Positions 16,123 through 26,115 are shown, numbered from the stretch's first letter. The stretch: 64,000 bases of DNA from Bacillota bacterium (GCA_023436245.1 JAEZJZ010000046.1:16681-80680); one strand, 5' to 3'. The notes: a model not told the origin generated them from the letters alone. Made by a program: numbers and translations.

Positions 16123-18014
16123 CCGACAGCCGCGCTTGCGCCCTCAAGGGGCGCTTCTGCGTCGCCAGGCAGCCGGAAGTGCACCCGAAAGACGCTCCCC
16201 GACGAGCCGGTGTCAAAGCTCAGGCGCGCACGATGCTTGGAAACGATGCTATAGCAGGTGAGCAAGCCCAGCCCGGTGCCGGAATCCTTGGTCGTGAAGA
16301 AGGCGGTACCGAGCTTGGCCTGATACTCCTGAGGAATGCCGCAGCCCTGGTCCGCCACTTCCAGCACGACCTCGGCACCTTGCGCATAGGTGGAAATTGT
16401 CAGGCGACCGCCCTGGCTCATTGCTTCCAGCCCATTGCGCACCAGGTTGAGCAACAATTGGCGAATCTCCTTCAGGTCAATACGGATATCCGGGATTTCG
16501 TCCAACTTGAGGATGATCTCGTTTCCGCGCAAGGCCGCCTCCGCCTCCATCAGCGGCATGAGGATGCGTACGGCACTGCTCAGACTGTGCAATGCCATCT
16601 CGGTGGGCTTGTTCCGCGCCAATGAAAGAAACTCGCTGATGATCCCGTTCACGCGGTCCAGTTCCTCGATCATCAGGTCCATCTGTGCCTGCAGGGGGCG
16701 CAGTTCCGGACGCCTGAGCATCAACTGCAGATAACCCCTGACCGTGGTCATTGGGTTGCGCACTTCATGCCCAATGCTGGCAGCAATGCCTCCGACCAGA
16801 TTCAGTCGGTCCAGTTGAGCGATTTCGCTCTGCAGCCGTTTGAGTTCAGTGATGTCCCGCGCCAGGACTGAAACCCCGACAATCTCGCAGCGCTCGTTTC
16901 TGATCGGAGAAAGGTTGAGCGACATGTTGATCAGTCGTCCATCCTTGCGCTTACGGCTGGCTTCCACCTGCAACGCTTGCCCGGCAAGCATCTGCTCAAG
17001 GTAAGGTATCTTCACCTTGTCACCATCATCGGGAAGCAGGACGGAAACCAGTTCTCCCCTGATTTCGGACTCAGCATAGCCATATGTCCGCTCCGCCGCG
17101 GGGTTCCAGCTATTGATTACTCCATCGAGATCAAAACTGTAAATAGCAACGTCAGCATTCCGCACCAGGGCGGCGTAGTGCCGCAACTCGTCCTGTCTCC
17201 GCTTCTCGGCGGTTATATCCTCAATCTGGCAGACACAGAGCAGGCGTCGATCCTTGTCGCTAACCAAGGCAGTGGCAGTGATCCTGGCCCAAGCTACAGC
17301 GCCGGAACTGGTGACGTAGCGCTGCTCCAGTTCATAGGAGCGAATGCGACCGGATGCCAAGGCCGTGAACATCTCCGCCCCGGCCGGAAGATCTTCCGGA
17401 AAGGTGCAGAACAGAAAGTGGCCGCCGACCAACTCGTGCCTGGAATAGCCCAAGAATGACGAGATGGACGCATTCACAGCCAGAACTGTACCAGAAGCAT
17501 CGAGCAGCATCATGCCGGCAGTGGCAAACTGGCTGATCATGGAGAAGCTCTGAATGATCTCATCCACTTGCTTGTTCTGCACCAAAGCGTATCCGGCTGC
17601 TGTTTTCACCTGTTCGGAGGCCAATGGGAGCGGATTGCGAACTGGGTTCTGCACGATAATACTCAGCAGGCAGCGCTGACCCCTGATCTTCAGTCCACGC
17701 GACTGGACAGTCACCGGGAAGGCGTTGCCGGACCGGTGTCGATGAGTGGCAATGAACCGCAAACCGTAACGCTCGGCCAAGTCCGATCGAATATTGATGT
17801 CTGAACCCTCGTTGACCCTCAAGTCAGACATGTTCAGACTCAGCAGATCGGCATGGGAGTAACCGTAAAGACGTTCAGCCGCCCGATTTGCGTCCAGAAT
17901 CCTGCCGTCAGCAGCACAGAGCAGCACTACCTCCTCTGCCTGCTCCACCAGGTCCGGAGATCTGCCGGCGTCTTTCCGCATCTTCACCATCTCCTCAATT
18001 GACTGAAATCTCAC
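16104..18014 (-). CDS. multi-PAS sensor histidine kinase
   Basis: H-box IGHEVRNPMTTVRGYLQL, N-box LVRNGLEAM, G1 DQGCGIP, G2 GTGLGL. The N-terminal ~400 aa contain repeated PAS-like segments. Its 3' end overlaps the convergent gene by 19 nt. Confidence 0.88.
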   Translation of the reverse strand: MRFQSIEEMVKMRKDAGRSPDLVEQAEEVVLLCAADGRILDANRAAERLYGYSHADLLSLNMSDLRVNEGSDINIRSDLAERYGLRFIATHRHRSGNAFPVTVQSRGLKIRGQRCLLSIIVQNPVRNPLPLASEQVKTAAGYALVQNKQVDEIIQSFSMISQFATAGMMLLDASGTVLAVNASISSFLGYSRHELVGGHFLFCTFPEDLPAGAEMFTALASGRIRSYELEQRYVTSSGAVAWARITATALVSDKDRRLLCVCQIEDITAEKRRQDELRHYAALVRNADVAIYSFDLDGVINSWNPAAERTYGYAESEIRGELVSVLLPDDGDKVKIPYLEQMLAGQALQVEASRKRKDGRLINMSLNLSPIRNERCEIVGVSVLARDITELKRLQSEIAQLDRLNLVGGIAASIGHEVRNPMTTVRGYLQLMLRRPELRPLQAQMDLMIEELDRVNGIISEFLSLARNKPTEMALHSLSSAVRILMPLMEAEAALRGNEIILKLDEIPDIRIDLKEIRQLLLNLVRNGLEAMSQGGRLTISTYAQGAEVVLEVADQGCGIPQEYQAKLGTAFFTTKDSGTGLGLLTCYSIVSKHRARLSFDTGSSGSVFRVHFRLPGDAEAPLEGASAAVGQTFTQ

Positions 18015-18195
18015 GCTAGCAACTCTTTGAGTTGCTTAGGAGGAAATTTCCTCAATCAGGTATGCTTTTCCTGCTTTCCATCGCCGCCAGATACCAAATC
18101 TTGCCCCAGTATCATTGACAAGCTGAGCGGATTGCGGCGGAGAACGCCAACCTGTGCTACACTGAGGGAAAAGCGAACTGATGGGAGGCTCTTGT

Positions 18196-18906
18196 GTGAA
18201 GATAGGGTTGATATCTGACATTCACGGCAACTATGCCGCGCTGGATGCCGTGTTGGCCGATCTGGCCAAGGACAATGTGGACCAGATCATCTGCCTGGGT
18301 GATGCGCTTTCCAGCGGACCGCAGCCGCGAGAAGTGCTGGCGCGCCTGCTGGCAGAGGATGTGGCACTGGTGCTGGGCAACACGGATCAGCGCCTGCTGC
18401 ATCCGATTGCGCCAGACGGGCTGAGCGAACACGTGCGCATGCTGATGGAGATCGAGGCCTGGATCCGGCAGGTTGTTCCGGAAGAAGAGTTAGCTCAGCT
18501 AGGGAACGCCAGGCAGACAATCAGCGTCAAACTAGACGAGCGCCTGCAACTGCTCTGTTGCCACGGTTCACCAGGTTCCGTGGAGGACAGATTGCTGGCT
18601 CAGTTGACTGACGAGCAACTGGACCAGGTGCTAGCCGGTCGGCAGTTTGGTATTCTGGCGGCTGGTCACACGCATATTCCGATGGTGCGCAGTTACGGCA
18701 CTCGCCTCCTGGTCAACCCAGGCAGTGTGGGCTCCGCGGTAGGCACAGGGCCGATCGCACACTACGGGCTATTGACCGCTGCAGCAGGCAGGATGGAGTT
18801 TTGCCTGCGTACTGTAACCTACGATGTCGGACCCGCCATACTACAAGCTCACCGCCACCAGATGCCGCATGCAGCCTGGTGGGCAGAACGCTGGGCAACG
18901 GAGTAG
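18196..18906 (+). CDS. metallophosphoesterase (YfcE/MJ0936-like)
   Basis: GGGAGG lies 7 nt before GTG 18196. Motifs ISDIHGN, GDA, GNTD and GHTH. The ORF-track ATG at 18181 overlaps the SD. Confidence 0.8.
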   Translation: MKIGLISDIHGNYAALDAVLADLAKDNVDQIICLGDALSSGPQPREVLARLLAEDVALVLGNTDQRLLHPIAPDGLSEHVRMLMEIEAWIRQVVPEEELAQLGNARQTISVKLDERLQLLCCHGSPGSVEDRLLAQLTDEQLDQVLAGRQFGILAAGHTHIPMVRSYGTRLLVNPGSVGSAVGTGPIAHYGLLTAAAGRMEFCLRTVTYDVGPAILQAHRHQMPHAAWWAERWATE

Positions 18907-18975
18907 CTTCCGGTTCCGCCGGATCTATGGCCATGAGATGAAACTGCAAAACTCTAGATAAGGACAGGTAATGCA

Positions 18976-19686
18976 ATGAGACGGAACAAGTTGATGCGCG
19001 CCTCGCTGATCACACTGCTGCTGCTGGCCGCCATGACCATGATCGTGGTCGGCTGCACCCCCGTTCAGCCACCGATCGTGGATGACGAAGAACCGAACGA
19101 TCCCCCAGACCCTGAACCAGTAGACAAAGACGACCCATACCTGATCATCGTCAGCGCCGCCCATCCCCTGCCTGAGGATCAGGAACCGGAACTGAAGACG
19201 GTTCAGGGCAGCTTCAAAATGGAGGCCAAAGCGGCTGACGCCATGGTGGAGATGTTGACGGCCGCCAAGGAGGCCGGCATCACTCTGCAGGTGGTCTCTG
19301 CCTATCGCTCCCAGGCCAAGCAGCGCCAGCTGTATGAATCAAAGGTACAAACCTTCCTGAAGCAGGGCTATAGCCAGGCGGATGCCGAGGACACGGCCGC
19401 CACCATTGTCGCCCGTCCAGGAACGAGCGAGCACAACACGGGACTGGCGGCAGATGTGGTTACCCCTGAGTACTTGTCTCTGAACAGCGGCTTTGCCGAC
19501 ACTAATGCAGCGAAATGGCTGCATGCCAACTGCTCCCGTTTCGGCTTCATTTTGCGCTACCCGGACAACAAGCAGGCCATCACTGGCATCATCTATGAGC
19601 CATGGCACTTCCGCTATGTTGGGGCAGAGCACGCGGAGGCGATCATGAGCAACGGGCTCTGTCTGGAGGAATACCTCGAGGACTAG
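18976..19686 (+). CDS. VanY/M15-family D-alanyl-D-alanine carboxypeptidase, lipoprotein
   Basis: Lipobox MTMIVVGC, then SAYRS, SEHNTGLAADV and EPWHFRYVG zinc/catalytic motifs. Confidence 0.85.
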   Translation: MRRNKLMRASLITLLLLAAMTMIVVGCTPVQPPIVDDEEPNDPPDPEPVDKDDPYLIIVSAAHPLPEDQEPELKTVQGSFKMEAKAADAMVEMLTAAKEAGITLQVVSAYRSQAKQRQLYESKVQTFLKQGYSQADAEDTAATIVARPGTSEHNTGLAADVVTPEYLSLNSGFADTNAAKWLHANCSRFGFILRYPDNKQAITGIIYEPWHFRYVGAEHAEAIMSNGLCLEEYLED

Positions 19687-19707
19687 GCAAATCGCCGGGA
19701 CAAACAA

Positions 19708-19920
19708 GGGATGTCGCAATAGCACCCCATGAATAGCGCAAGAGAGACGACGGCTGTCGTCTCTCTTGCGTTTGGGTGAACCAATGCTATCCATAGGCTG
19801 CGATGTGACGCCAGCGGGTCGCATGCATGCGACCCCTACGGAGCGACCGGGTATGCATTCGCCATCGTAGGGCGCCATGCATGGCGCCCGCTTAACGGCA
19901 GGCTTTTTGCGACAGCCCCT
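19708..19920. repeat. composite REP-like element related to 2810-2987
   Basis: Starts GGGATGTCGCAATAGC and ends TTGCGACAGCCCC. Contains the shared-stem terminator and two perfect 20-nt palindromes, GGGTCGCATGCATGCGACCC (19816-19835) and GGGCGCCATGCATGGCGCCC (19870-19889), flanked by CTACGG / TCGTAG. Confidence 0.75.
19737..19773 (+). terminator. Rho-independent terminator after the vanY-like gene
   Basis: 15-bp stem CGCAAGAGAGACGAC / GTCGTCTCTCTTGCG with a 4-nt loop, then TTT. Same stem core as the terminator at 2924. Confidence 0.7.
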
Positions 19921-20008
19921 TCATCTTTTGGTTGCGCAGGTGCGTCAAATCGCATATATTATGACTGACGATATATCGCGGACCATAATATTGAGGAGTG
20001 AGAGTACA

Positions 20009-20326
20009 GTGAGCAACCAAGGCCCGATGACCGAGGCGATGTACTACGTGTTACTGGTGCTCAGCCGACCACAACATGGTTATGCCATCATGGCGGCGAT
20101 CAAAGAAGCCTCCGATCAGCGCCTGGTGATCGGACCGGGGACGTTGTACGGGGTACTCTCGCGTCTGCAGAAAGACCAACTGATCTCGCTGGATGAAGAT
20201 GACGGCCGGCGTAAGACCTACAGCCTGACGGAGAGAGGCCGAAACGCGCTGCAGCAAGAGCATCAGCGTCTGGTAGCAATGGTCCGGGATGGCAACAGCT
20301 ACCTGGGAGGAGGGGGGGAAAGATGA
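20009..20326 (+). CDS. PadR-family transcriptional regulator
   Basis: GAGGAG lies 10 nt before GTG 20009. YYVLLVLSRPQHGYAIMAAIKE...GPGTLYGVLSRLQKDQLI...RRKTYSLTERG is a typical PadR winged helix. Confidence 0.85.
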   Translation: MSNQGPMTEAMYYVLLVLSRPQHGYAIMAAIKEASDQRLVIGPGTLYGVLSRLQKDQLISLDEDDGRRKTYSLTERGRNALQQEHQRLVAMVRDGNSYLGGGGER

Positions 20327-21555
20327 GCGGCGTGCAGAAACGGAGATTCTGGTGGTTTGAGGAGTGGCAACTGGAAGAACAGGAATCGTGGCTCAGCGAC
20401 CAAGCCAGGCGAGGCTGGCATTTGGAGGGCACTCGCCCCTGGGCGACCTTTCGCCAAGGGCCACCGCAGGAGATGCGCTACCGTTGCGAGGTGGCAACCG
20501 ACGAAGATGAAGAGCGCATGGAAATCTACCGCGCGGCTGGTTGGGAGTATGTCGGCCGTAGAAATGGCCTGCAGATCTACCGAGCAGCCGTGGACGCCGA
20601 CATTCCAGAGATCCATACCGATCAAGCCACCCTGGCGGGGACGATCAGAAGGCTACAGCTCCGGCTACTGCTCGGGGCAGGCCTGCTGCTCGCGCAATTG
20701 GCGCTTGGCGTCGCCTTCTCCCGCTTCGGGGGCAGACTACCGCTCATCTTCCTACTTGGTCTACGCTATTCCACCTTGCTGATCTTGGGATTCCTGCTGT
20801 ACTTCCTGGGCGTGCAAGTCTTCGGAGTAATCCATCTTTCACGGCTGATCAGCAGGCTGCGCCGAGGTCAGCCCCCGCGCCACCAGGTGAACTACCGCCG
20901 CGCCCGGCGGTTCAGCGCGGCAAATGCGTTGTTCCTGGCGGTGACGCTTACCGCTTTGCTGGGAAGCCGGTTCACCGGCAGCGGAAACTCCTTCCCCCCT
21001 ATTCCAACCGGTGAGCTTCCCATGGTCAGGCTGACACAAATCATGGATACTGCCAATAGAGCCTGGCAACGGTCAGACTGGGGAGACAGCGTGCGCGAGC
21101 GAGCTCAGGGTGATGTATTCAACTACTATCGCAGTGAGTGGAGCCTCTTGGTGCCAGAACAGCTCAGACTGCACGAAAAGCTGACCGTCGTGGGAGAACA
21201 GGGGCCGGACGGCGAGGCGTATGAACCCTGGCTACAGTCGGCCTTCTACCACGCGCGCACACCGGCTATTGCCCATGCGGTGGGTACCGGGCTACTCTAC
21301 CAGGGACCATTCGGGTTGACACGCCCACACTCTGACCCTGCGGTCCCATCCCTTGTCTTCAGCTCTGCCGAAGCCAATCTCTGGCTACATGTCGGCCAAG
21401 ACGCGCAGGAGTTCATCCTGCAGCATCACAACCAGGTATGGCACGTCTTCTACCGGGGACACAGCGAGATTCAGGACATTCTCAAGCTGACGGCAGACGC
21501 AGCAGGCGTGGAGATTGACCTGACGACCCTGCTGGAGGCGGTCCCAGTGCGTTGA
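20323..21555 (+). CDS. DUF2812-like membrane protein (PadR partner) with a long C-terminal extension
   Basis: ATGA overlap with padR. N-terminus FWWFEEWQLEEQESWLSDQARRGWHL...YRAAGWEYV is typical of DUF2812, followed by hydrophobic helices and a ~200-aa extra domain. Confidence 0.7.
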   Translation: MSGVQKRRFWWFEEWQLEEQESWLSDQARRGWHLEGTRPWATFRQGPPQEMRYRCEVATDEDEERMEIYRAAGWEYVGRRNGLQIYRAAVDADIPEIHTDQATLAGTIRRLQLRLLLGAGLLLAQLALGVAFSRFGGRLPLIFLLGLRYSTLLILGFLLYFLGVQVFGVIHLSRLISRLRRGQPPRHQVNYRRARRFSAANALFLAVTLTALLGSRFTGSGNSFPPIPTGELPMVRLTQIMDTANRAWQRSDWGDSVRERAQGDVFNYYRSEWSLLVPEQLRLHEKLTVVGEQGPDGEAYEPWLQSAFYHARTPAIAHAVGTGLLYQGPFGLTRPHSDPAVPSLVFSSAEANLWLHVGQDAQEFILQHHNQVWHVFYRGHSEIQDILKLTADAAGVEIDLTTLLEAVPVR

Positions 21556-21719
21556 CTTCCAGCGCAACACGGGCATACACTATTAAGGCATCAGCCTCAG
21601 GGCCGATTGGCAGTCGAAGCCAAGTGAACTGAGATTTGAGGCCAGATCACAGATTATCCATCGACGGATTGCGCGAGAGCAGCATTAACGCGAGCGCCAG
21701 GTGGCAAGGAGTGAATGAG

Positions 21720-22820
21720 TTGCAGAGTAGGATTCGGGTGGGTGTCATCTTTGGTGGCAGGTCGGCGGAACACGAGGTTTCGCTGCAATCTGCCAAGAAT
21801 GTGGTTGAAGCCCTCGACCCAGCCAAGTACGAGCCAGTGCTAATCGGCATCGACAAACAAGGTCACTGGTACCTGAACGAGCAGTCCGATTGGCTGCTGC
21901 ATGCCGACAACCCCAAGTTGATCAGTCTGAACACAGCCAGTCGCAAAGTCGCGATTATGCCACTGCCGGAGGAAAACCAACTGGTTGGCCTGCAGGACAG
22001 GTTGCAGTTCGGACGCCTGGATGTCGTCTTTCCAGTGCTACACGGACCGTACGGAGAGGATGGGGCGATGCAGGGATTGCTCAAGCTAGCTGGCGTCCCC
22101 TGCATCGGCGCAGGGGTGCTTGGTTCGGCCGTGGGCATGGACAAAGACGTGATGAAGCGGCTGCTGCGGGATGCTGGCATAGCGATCGCCCGCTTTCGCA
22201 GCTACCGCAACGCCGCAGCGGCAAGGGCCGACTGGGCTGAACTGGTGGCTGAGCTTGGTTTGCCGCTGTTCGTCAAGCCGGCCAACCTTGGATCCTCCGT
22301 GGGCATCAGCAAAGTGCGCACTCAGCAGGAGTATGATCAGGCTGTGAGCAATGCGCTGCAATACGACAGCAAGATCGTGGTGGAAGAGACAATCCGCGGT
22401 CGGGAGATCGAGTGCTCCGTGCTTGGAAATGACGAGCCGATAGCTTCGCTCCCCGGCGAGATTCTGCCGAACCAGGAGTTCTACTCCTACGATGCCAAGT
22501 ACATAGACGAACACGGCGCCGTACTGGATGTTCCGGCCAAGCTCACTCCGAATGAGATCGAAGCAGTCCAGACTCTGGCCTTGCAGGCCTTTCAGGTGCT
22601 CTGCTGCCAGGGCATGGCCCGCGTGGACATGTTCCTGCAGCCCGATGGGCGGCTCGTACTGAACGAGATCAACACCATTCCTGGCTTCACCAAGATCAGC
22701 ATGTATCCGAAGCTGTGGGAAGTGAGCGGCCTCAGCTATCGCGCACTGATCGATCGCCTGATTTCGCTGGCCATGGAGCGCTTCGCCGAGGAGCAGCGAT
22801 TGCGCACCAGCGTGGAGTAA
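21720..22820 (+). CDS. ddl: D-alanine--D-alanine ligase
   Basis: AAGGAG lies 8 nt before TTG 21720 (GTG 21711 is also possible). Motifs [42 protein letters not shown] and EINTIPGFT. Confidence 0.9.
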   Translation: MQSRIRVGVIFGGRSAEHEVSLQSAKNVVEALDPAKYEPVLIGIDKQGHWYLNEQSDWLLHADNPKLISLNTASRKVAIMPLPEENQLVGLQDRLQFGRLDVVFPVLHGPYGEDGAMQGLLKLAGVPCIGAGVLGSAVGMDKDVMKRLLRDAGIAIARFRSYRNAAAARADWAELVAELGLPLFVKPANLGSSVGISKVRTQQEYDQAVSNALQYDSKIVVEETIRGREIECSVLGNDEPIASLPGEILPNQEFYSYDAKYIDEHGAVLDVPAKLTPNEIEAVQTLALQAFQVLCCQGMARVDMFLQPDGRLVLNEINTIPGFTKISMYPKLWEVSGLSYRALIDRLISLAMERFAEEQRLRTSVE

Positions 22821-22834
22821 CTGCCGGCCACTGT

Positions 22835-23080
22835 CCCAGCACGCGGGGCTGCGCAGTTTGTGCTTCGTAGAAGCTCGGCATGCCGAGCCGATCCCTATCC
22901 CGCAGCATGCGAGACTGTTCATTTTGTCCCTCGTAGAGGCTCGGCATGCCGAGCCGATCCCTGCCCCGCAGCATGCTGCGGGAGCTACGGTGGGTAAGAA
23001 AGCTACTTCCTAAACGCTCTCGCGTGCTGCGGGGTCTACGGTAATGAAAGAGGCGACTTTCTAAACGATCTCGCATGCCC
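22835..23080. repeat. array of REP-like palindromic units with two tandem duplications
   Basis: A ~66-nt unit (CGTAGArGCTCGGCATGCCGAGCCGATCCCTrYCCCGCAGCATGC...) starts at 22864 and again at 22930. A ~51-nt unit (CTACGGT..GAAAG....ACTTyCTAAACGmTCTCGCrTGC) starts at 22985 and again at 23036. CCCGCAGCATGCTGCGGG lies at 22965-22982. Confidence 0.8.
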
Positions 23081-23101
23081 ACCAACGGGACACTGCAGAC
23101 G

Positions 23102-23141
23102 AAGAGACGACAACTGGCCGTCAAGCCAGTTGTCGTCTCTT
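23102..23141. terminator. hairpin between convergent ddl and map
   Basis: 17-bp stem AAGAGACGACAACTGGC / GCCAGTTGTCGTCTCTT with a 6-nt loop. The stem begins with AAGAGACGA, a shortened form of the core CAAGAGAGACGA seen at 2924 and 19737. Confidence 0.6.
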
Positions 23142-23220
23142 GTGTTAGGGCTGGGGTTCTGGCTGTTGAGGGTCAGCCGAGTCGTGACGGTGCTCGACGC
23201 GCGCCCCTCTTTGGCCGCTA

Positions 23221-23970
23221 CTAGTCCTGCTCTGTGAGCACCAGCGGACCGTCCTTGGTGATCACGAGGGTGTGCTCATATTGGGCGGAGAGCTTGCCGT
23301 CCACGGTGCGGGCGGTCCAGTTGTTGTCATCGATGGTCAGATCATGCCCGCCGGCGTTGATCATCGGCTCGATGGTGAAAACCATCCCCTCGCGCAACCG
23401 GATGCCCCGCTCTGGCTTGCCATAGTGCAGAATCTGAGGGTCTTCGTGCATGGAACGCCCGATGCCATGCCCAGTGAACTCTCGCACCACCGAATAGCCG
23501 CGATCTTCAGCGTGAGTCTGAATGGCATGGCCAATGTCCCCCGTCCTCTTGCCGATCAGAGCCTGTTCGATGCCCAGATAGAGGCACTCCTTGGTCACGG
23601 TCAAGAGGCGCTGCGTTTCCTCCGAAGTCTCGCCTACAGCATAGGTCCAAGCGGAGTCCGCCAACCAGCCATTCAGGTTGACCACAAAATCCACCCCGAC
23701 AATGTCCCCCGACATCAGCTTGCGGTTGGTCGGGAAACCATGACAGATCTCATCATTGACGGACGCACAGGTGGCAAACTGGTACCCCCGGTAACCCTTC
23801 TGCTCAGCACTCGCTCCGTGTTCACGCACGAAATCCTCGACGAACTTGTCGATGGCCAGGGTGGTTATCCCCGGCCGGATGAAACCTCGCAACTGCCGAT
23901 GGCAGGCAGCCACAATCTTTCCCGCCTCGGCCATCAACGCTATCTCTCGCTCATTCTTGATGATGATCAA
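23221..23970 (-). CDS. map: type I methionine aminopeptidase
   Basis: AAGGAGGG lies 8 nt before TTG 23970, giving LIIIKNEREI. Metal ligands are in VNDEICHG, DFVVNLNGWLADSA, TGHGIG, FTIEPM and QYEHT. Confidence 0.9.
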   Translation of the reverse strand: MIIIKNEREIALMAEAGKIVAACHRQLRGFIRPGITTLAIDKFVEDFVREHGASAEQKGYRGYQFATCASVNDEICHGFPTNRKLMSGDIVGVDFVVNLNGWLADSAWTYAVGETSEETQRLLTVTKECLYLGIEQALIGKRTGDIGHAIQTHAEDRGYSVVREFTGHGIGRSMHEDPQILHYGKPERGIRLREGMVFTIEPMINAGGHDLTIDDNNWTARTVDGKLSAQYEHTLVITKDGPLVLTEQD

Positions 23971-24182
23971 AAACAGAACCCTCCTTGCACCACGGCTTCT
24001 GCCAAAGATTATACCATTAATCCAGCTGTTCATCCCGCAATCACCCAAATCCCCTTAAGCGCTGCGTCCCACCATCCAAGTTCTTGCCGTTCTCCGGGGA
24101 ATCGGTGATGGCAGGCTGATGTGTAGGCGCATGTCCGTTGAGTCAGCTGCATCGGGCGCGACGCACTACCAGAAGTGACTGC

Positions 24183-25049
24183 CTAACGTCGCAACTGAGA
24201 GTGGTCCAGGCGAGCAAAGGTATGGGTCTCGATGAAGCTAAAGCCGAGCGAATCATAGAGAGCGCGCGCCCCCCGATTGCTGTCCAGCACGCCGAGCTTG
24301 ACCACTTCTGCTCCGCGCTCGCGCAGCAGGTTGATGCAGAACTGGGTAATCTGGCGACCGTAACCCTTTCTTTGCTGGTCTGCCGCGACCACCAAGTTGT
24401 CGATGTAGTCCGGGCCCACCTGCGCTAACCCCACAATCTGCCCATCAACTGCAAACAGCCAATTGTTCTGGGCTGCCTCCTGGAACTCCTGGCGAGCTGC
24501 GGCCTGATCATACCCAGGTGGATAAGGCAGCGTGGGATGAATGACGTTAGTCTCACGCAGTTCCCGGAAGCCCTCGTTCAGCAGGCGAATGCAGTGCTCG
24601 AACAGTTCATCCGTGTAGGGCAGTGCCTGCAAGTCCGCGCGGGGGAAGCCGGGACCGGTATAGCTGAGCAGATGCGAAGAGAACCAGGGGTGGAAACCGC
24701 GCGCGGCGAAGAATGCGGGGGCCCCGCCCCGGTCAGAGCGATAGCCGGTGCAAATGAGGTCCGCATCCCGCCGTCGCAGGTGTTCCGCCACCACCGTCCA
24801 GAGGGCACTGCCGATGCCTCGCTGCCTGAAGGCTGGGCCTACATACAGCCAGCAACTGATCTGCTGCCTGCCGCTCGCAGTCGCGCGCACCCCGGTGACG
24901 GCAGCACAACCCTGCAGGACTCCATCCCCATATACCCAGGTGGTATTGTCGGTCAGACGCTCGCTGATCTCATCAGGCTGCATATGCTTGTCCTCCTGGA
25001 TCAGGGGGATCAGTACCGGCAAATCCGCTCGTTTGAATGATCTGATCAC
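24183..25049 (-). CDS. tandem-GNAT N-acetyltransferase
   Basis: GGGAGGG lies 6 nt before GTG 25049. There are two acetyl-CoA boxes, FRQRGIGSALW and QRKGYGRQITQF, each followed by an ARxxYxxxGF-like segment. Confidence 0.8.
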   Translation of the reverse strand: MIRSFKRADLPVLIPLIQEDKHMQPDEISERLTDNTTWVYGDGVLQGCAAVTGVRATASGRQQISCWLYVGPAFRQRGIGSALWTVVAEHLRRRDADLICTGYRSDRGGAPAFFAARGFHPWFSSHLLSYTGPGFPRADLQALPYTDELFEHCIRLLNEGFRELRETNVIHPTLPYPPGYDQAAARQEFQEAAQNNWLFAVDGQIVGLAQVGPDYIDNLVVAADQQRKGYGRQITQFCINLLRERGAEVVKLGVLDSNRGARALYDSLGFSFIETHTFARLDHSQLRR

Positions 25050-25203
25050 TCTCTTCCCTCCCAAACATTTCTATCTATATTCTGGCACTGCGACCAAGCA
25101 TCAGCTAGGGCAGACTTGGGTCAAAACGAAAGAATGCCTACCCGCGAGCCCGGAAACATGCGACAATTGCCGAAGAAGTAGCTCACCAAGGAGGCGCTAG
25201 TCC

Positions 25204-26061
25204 ATGCGAAGCATAATCACGGTCAGGCACGACGATCGGGCACTCAAGCAGCAGTTGAATGACCTAACAGAACGCGTATTCGGCTTCACATTCACCAGGT
25301 GGGATGCGCTCGGCATGTGGGACAGCCGCTACCAGGCGTATGCCATCGAGGAAGACGGACGACTGCTGGCCAACGTCTCGGTAGCGTTGATGGATCTGCT
25401 GATCGGCGGTCAACGCCAATCGGCAATTCAGATTGGGGCCGTGGCCACCCTGCCAGAAATGCGCGGTCAAGGGCTGTCCAGAACTCTGATGGAACACGTA
25501 CTGCACGAGTATGCGGCAACGCCGGCCTTCCTCTTTGCCCACGAAGCGGTACTGGACTTCTACCCCCGCTTTGGATTCAAGCGGATGGCGGAGGTCCAGC
25601 CGTTCATCCAGTTGGCGACGCCCCTGCGTGGTGGCACTCCCTGCCAACTGCTTGCTGCAGATCACCCCTTGCTCAGACAGCGCCTGGAGACGCGGCAGCG
25701 GTCTTCCGAGATCCTGGACGTGGCAGAGGCTGCTTGGATCAATCTTTTTCACCTGGTCATGGAATTCGGAAATGCCACATACTACTTGCCAGAGCACGAT
25801 GCCATCGTCGTCGCTAAGCAGGAGGGCGATACAGTGCTGATCTACGATGTGCTCTGCGGCTCCGACAGTTCATTCGTGCAGGTCATTCCCGATCTGCCTT
25901 TTCCGGGGGCAACCAGATTGGAATTTGCCTTCACGCCGGATGGTCTCGGTGTCTCCTATCAGGAGGGACCCTTCGTGCGGGCAGACGACTGGGGCTACCT
26001 GTTCGGCCGGGGCATTGACTTCGGCGCGAGCAGTAAGTTTCCCTATATGTGTGTCACCTAA
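25204..26061 (+). CDS. GNAT N-acetyltransferase with a C-terminal extra domain
   Basis: AAGGAGG SD. IGAVATLPEMRGQGLSRTLMEHVL...DFYPRFGF forms the GNAT core. Confidence 0.75.
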   Translation: MRSIITVRHDDRALKQQLNDLTERVFGFTFTRWDALGMWDSRYQAYAIEEDGRLLANVSVALMDLLIGGQRQSAIQIGAVATLPEMRGQGLSRTLMEHVLHEYAATPAFLFAHEAVLDFYPRFGFKRMAEVQPFIQLATPLRGGTPCQLLAADHPLLRQRLETRQRSSEILDVAEAAWINLFHLVMEFGNATYYLPEHDAIVVAKQEGDTVLIYDVLCGSDSSFVQVIPDLPFPGATRLEFAFTPDGLGVSYQEGPFVRADDWGYLFGRGIDFGASSKFPYMCVT

Positions 26062-26115
26062 AGCACTGAAAAGAGAGTGGCGGCCCAGTTACGGGGCCGG
26101 CCACTCTCTCACATT

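Noticed and set aside
22086-22922. 278-aa ORF on the minus strand
   Set aside because: It is antisense to ddl and runs into the REP array. It is a shadow ORF.
22835-23080. Possible CRISPR array, suggested by tandem palindromic repeats
   Set aside because: The repeat units are not identical, the periods are irregular (about 66 and 51 nt), there are no unique spacers of uniform length, no cas genes are present, and the same units are dispersed singly elsewhere. This fits REP-like elements rather than CRISPR.
23272-24108. 278-aa ORF on the plus strand
   Set aside because: It is antisense to map, whose metal-ligand motifs and strong SD support the minus-strand frame.
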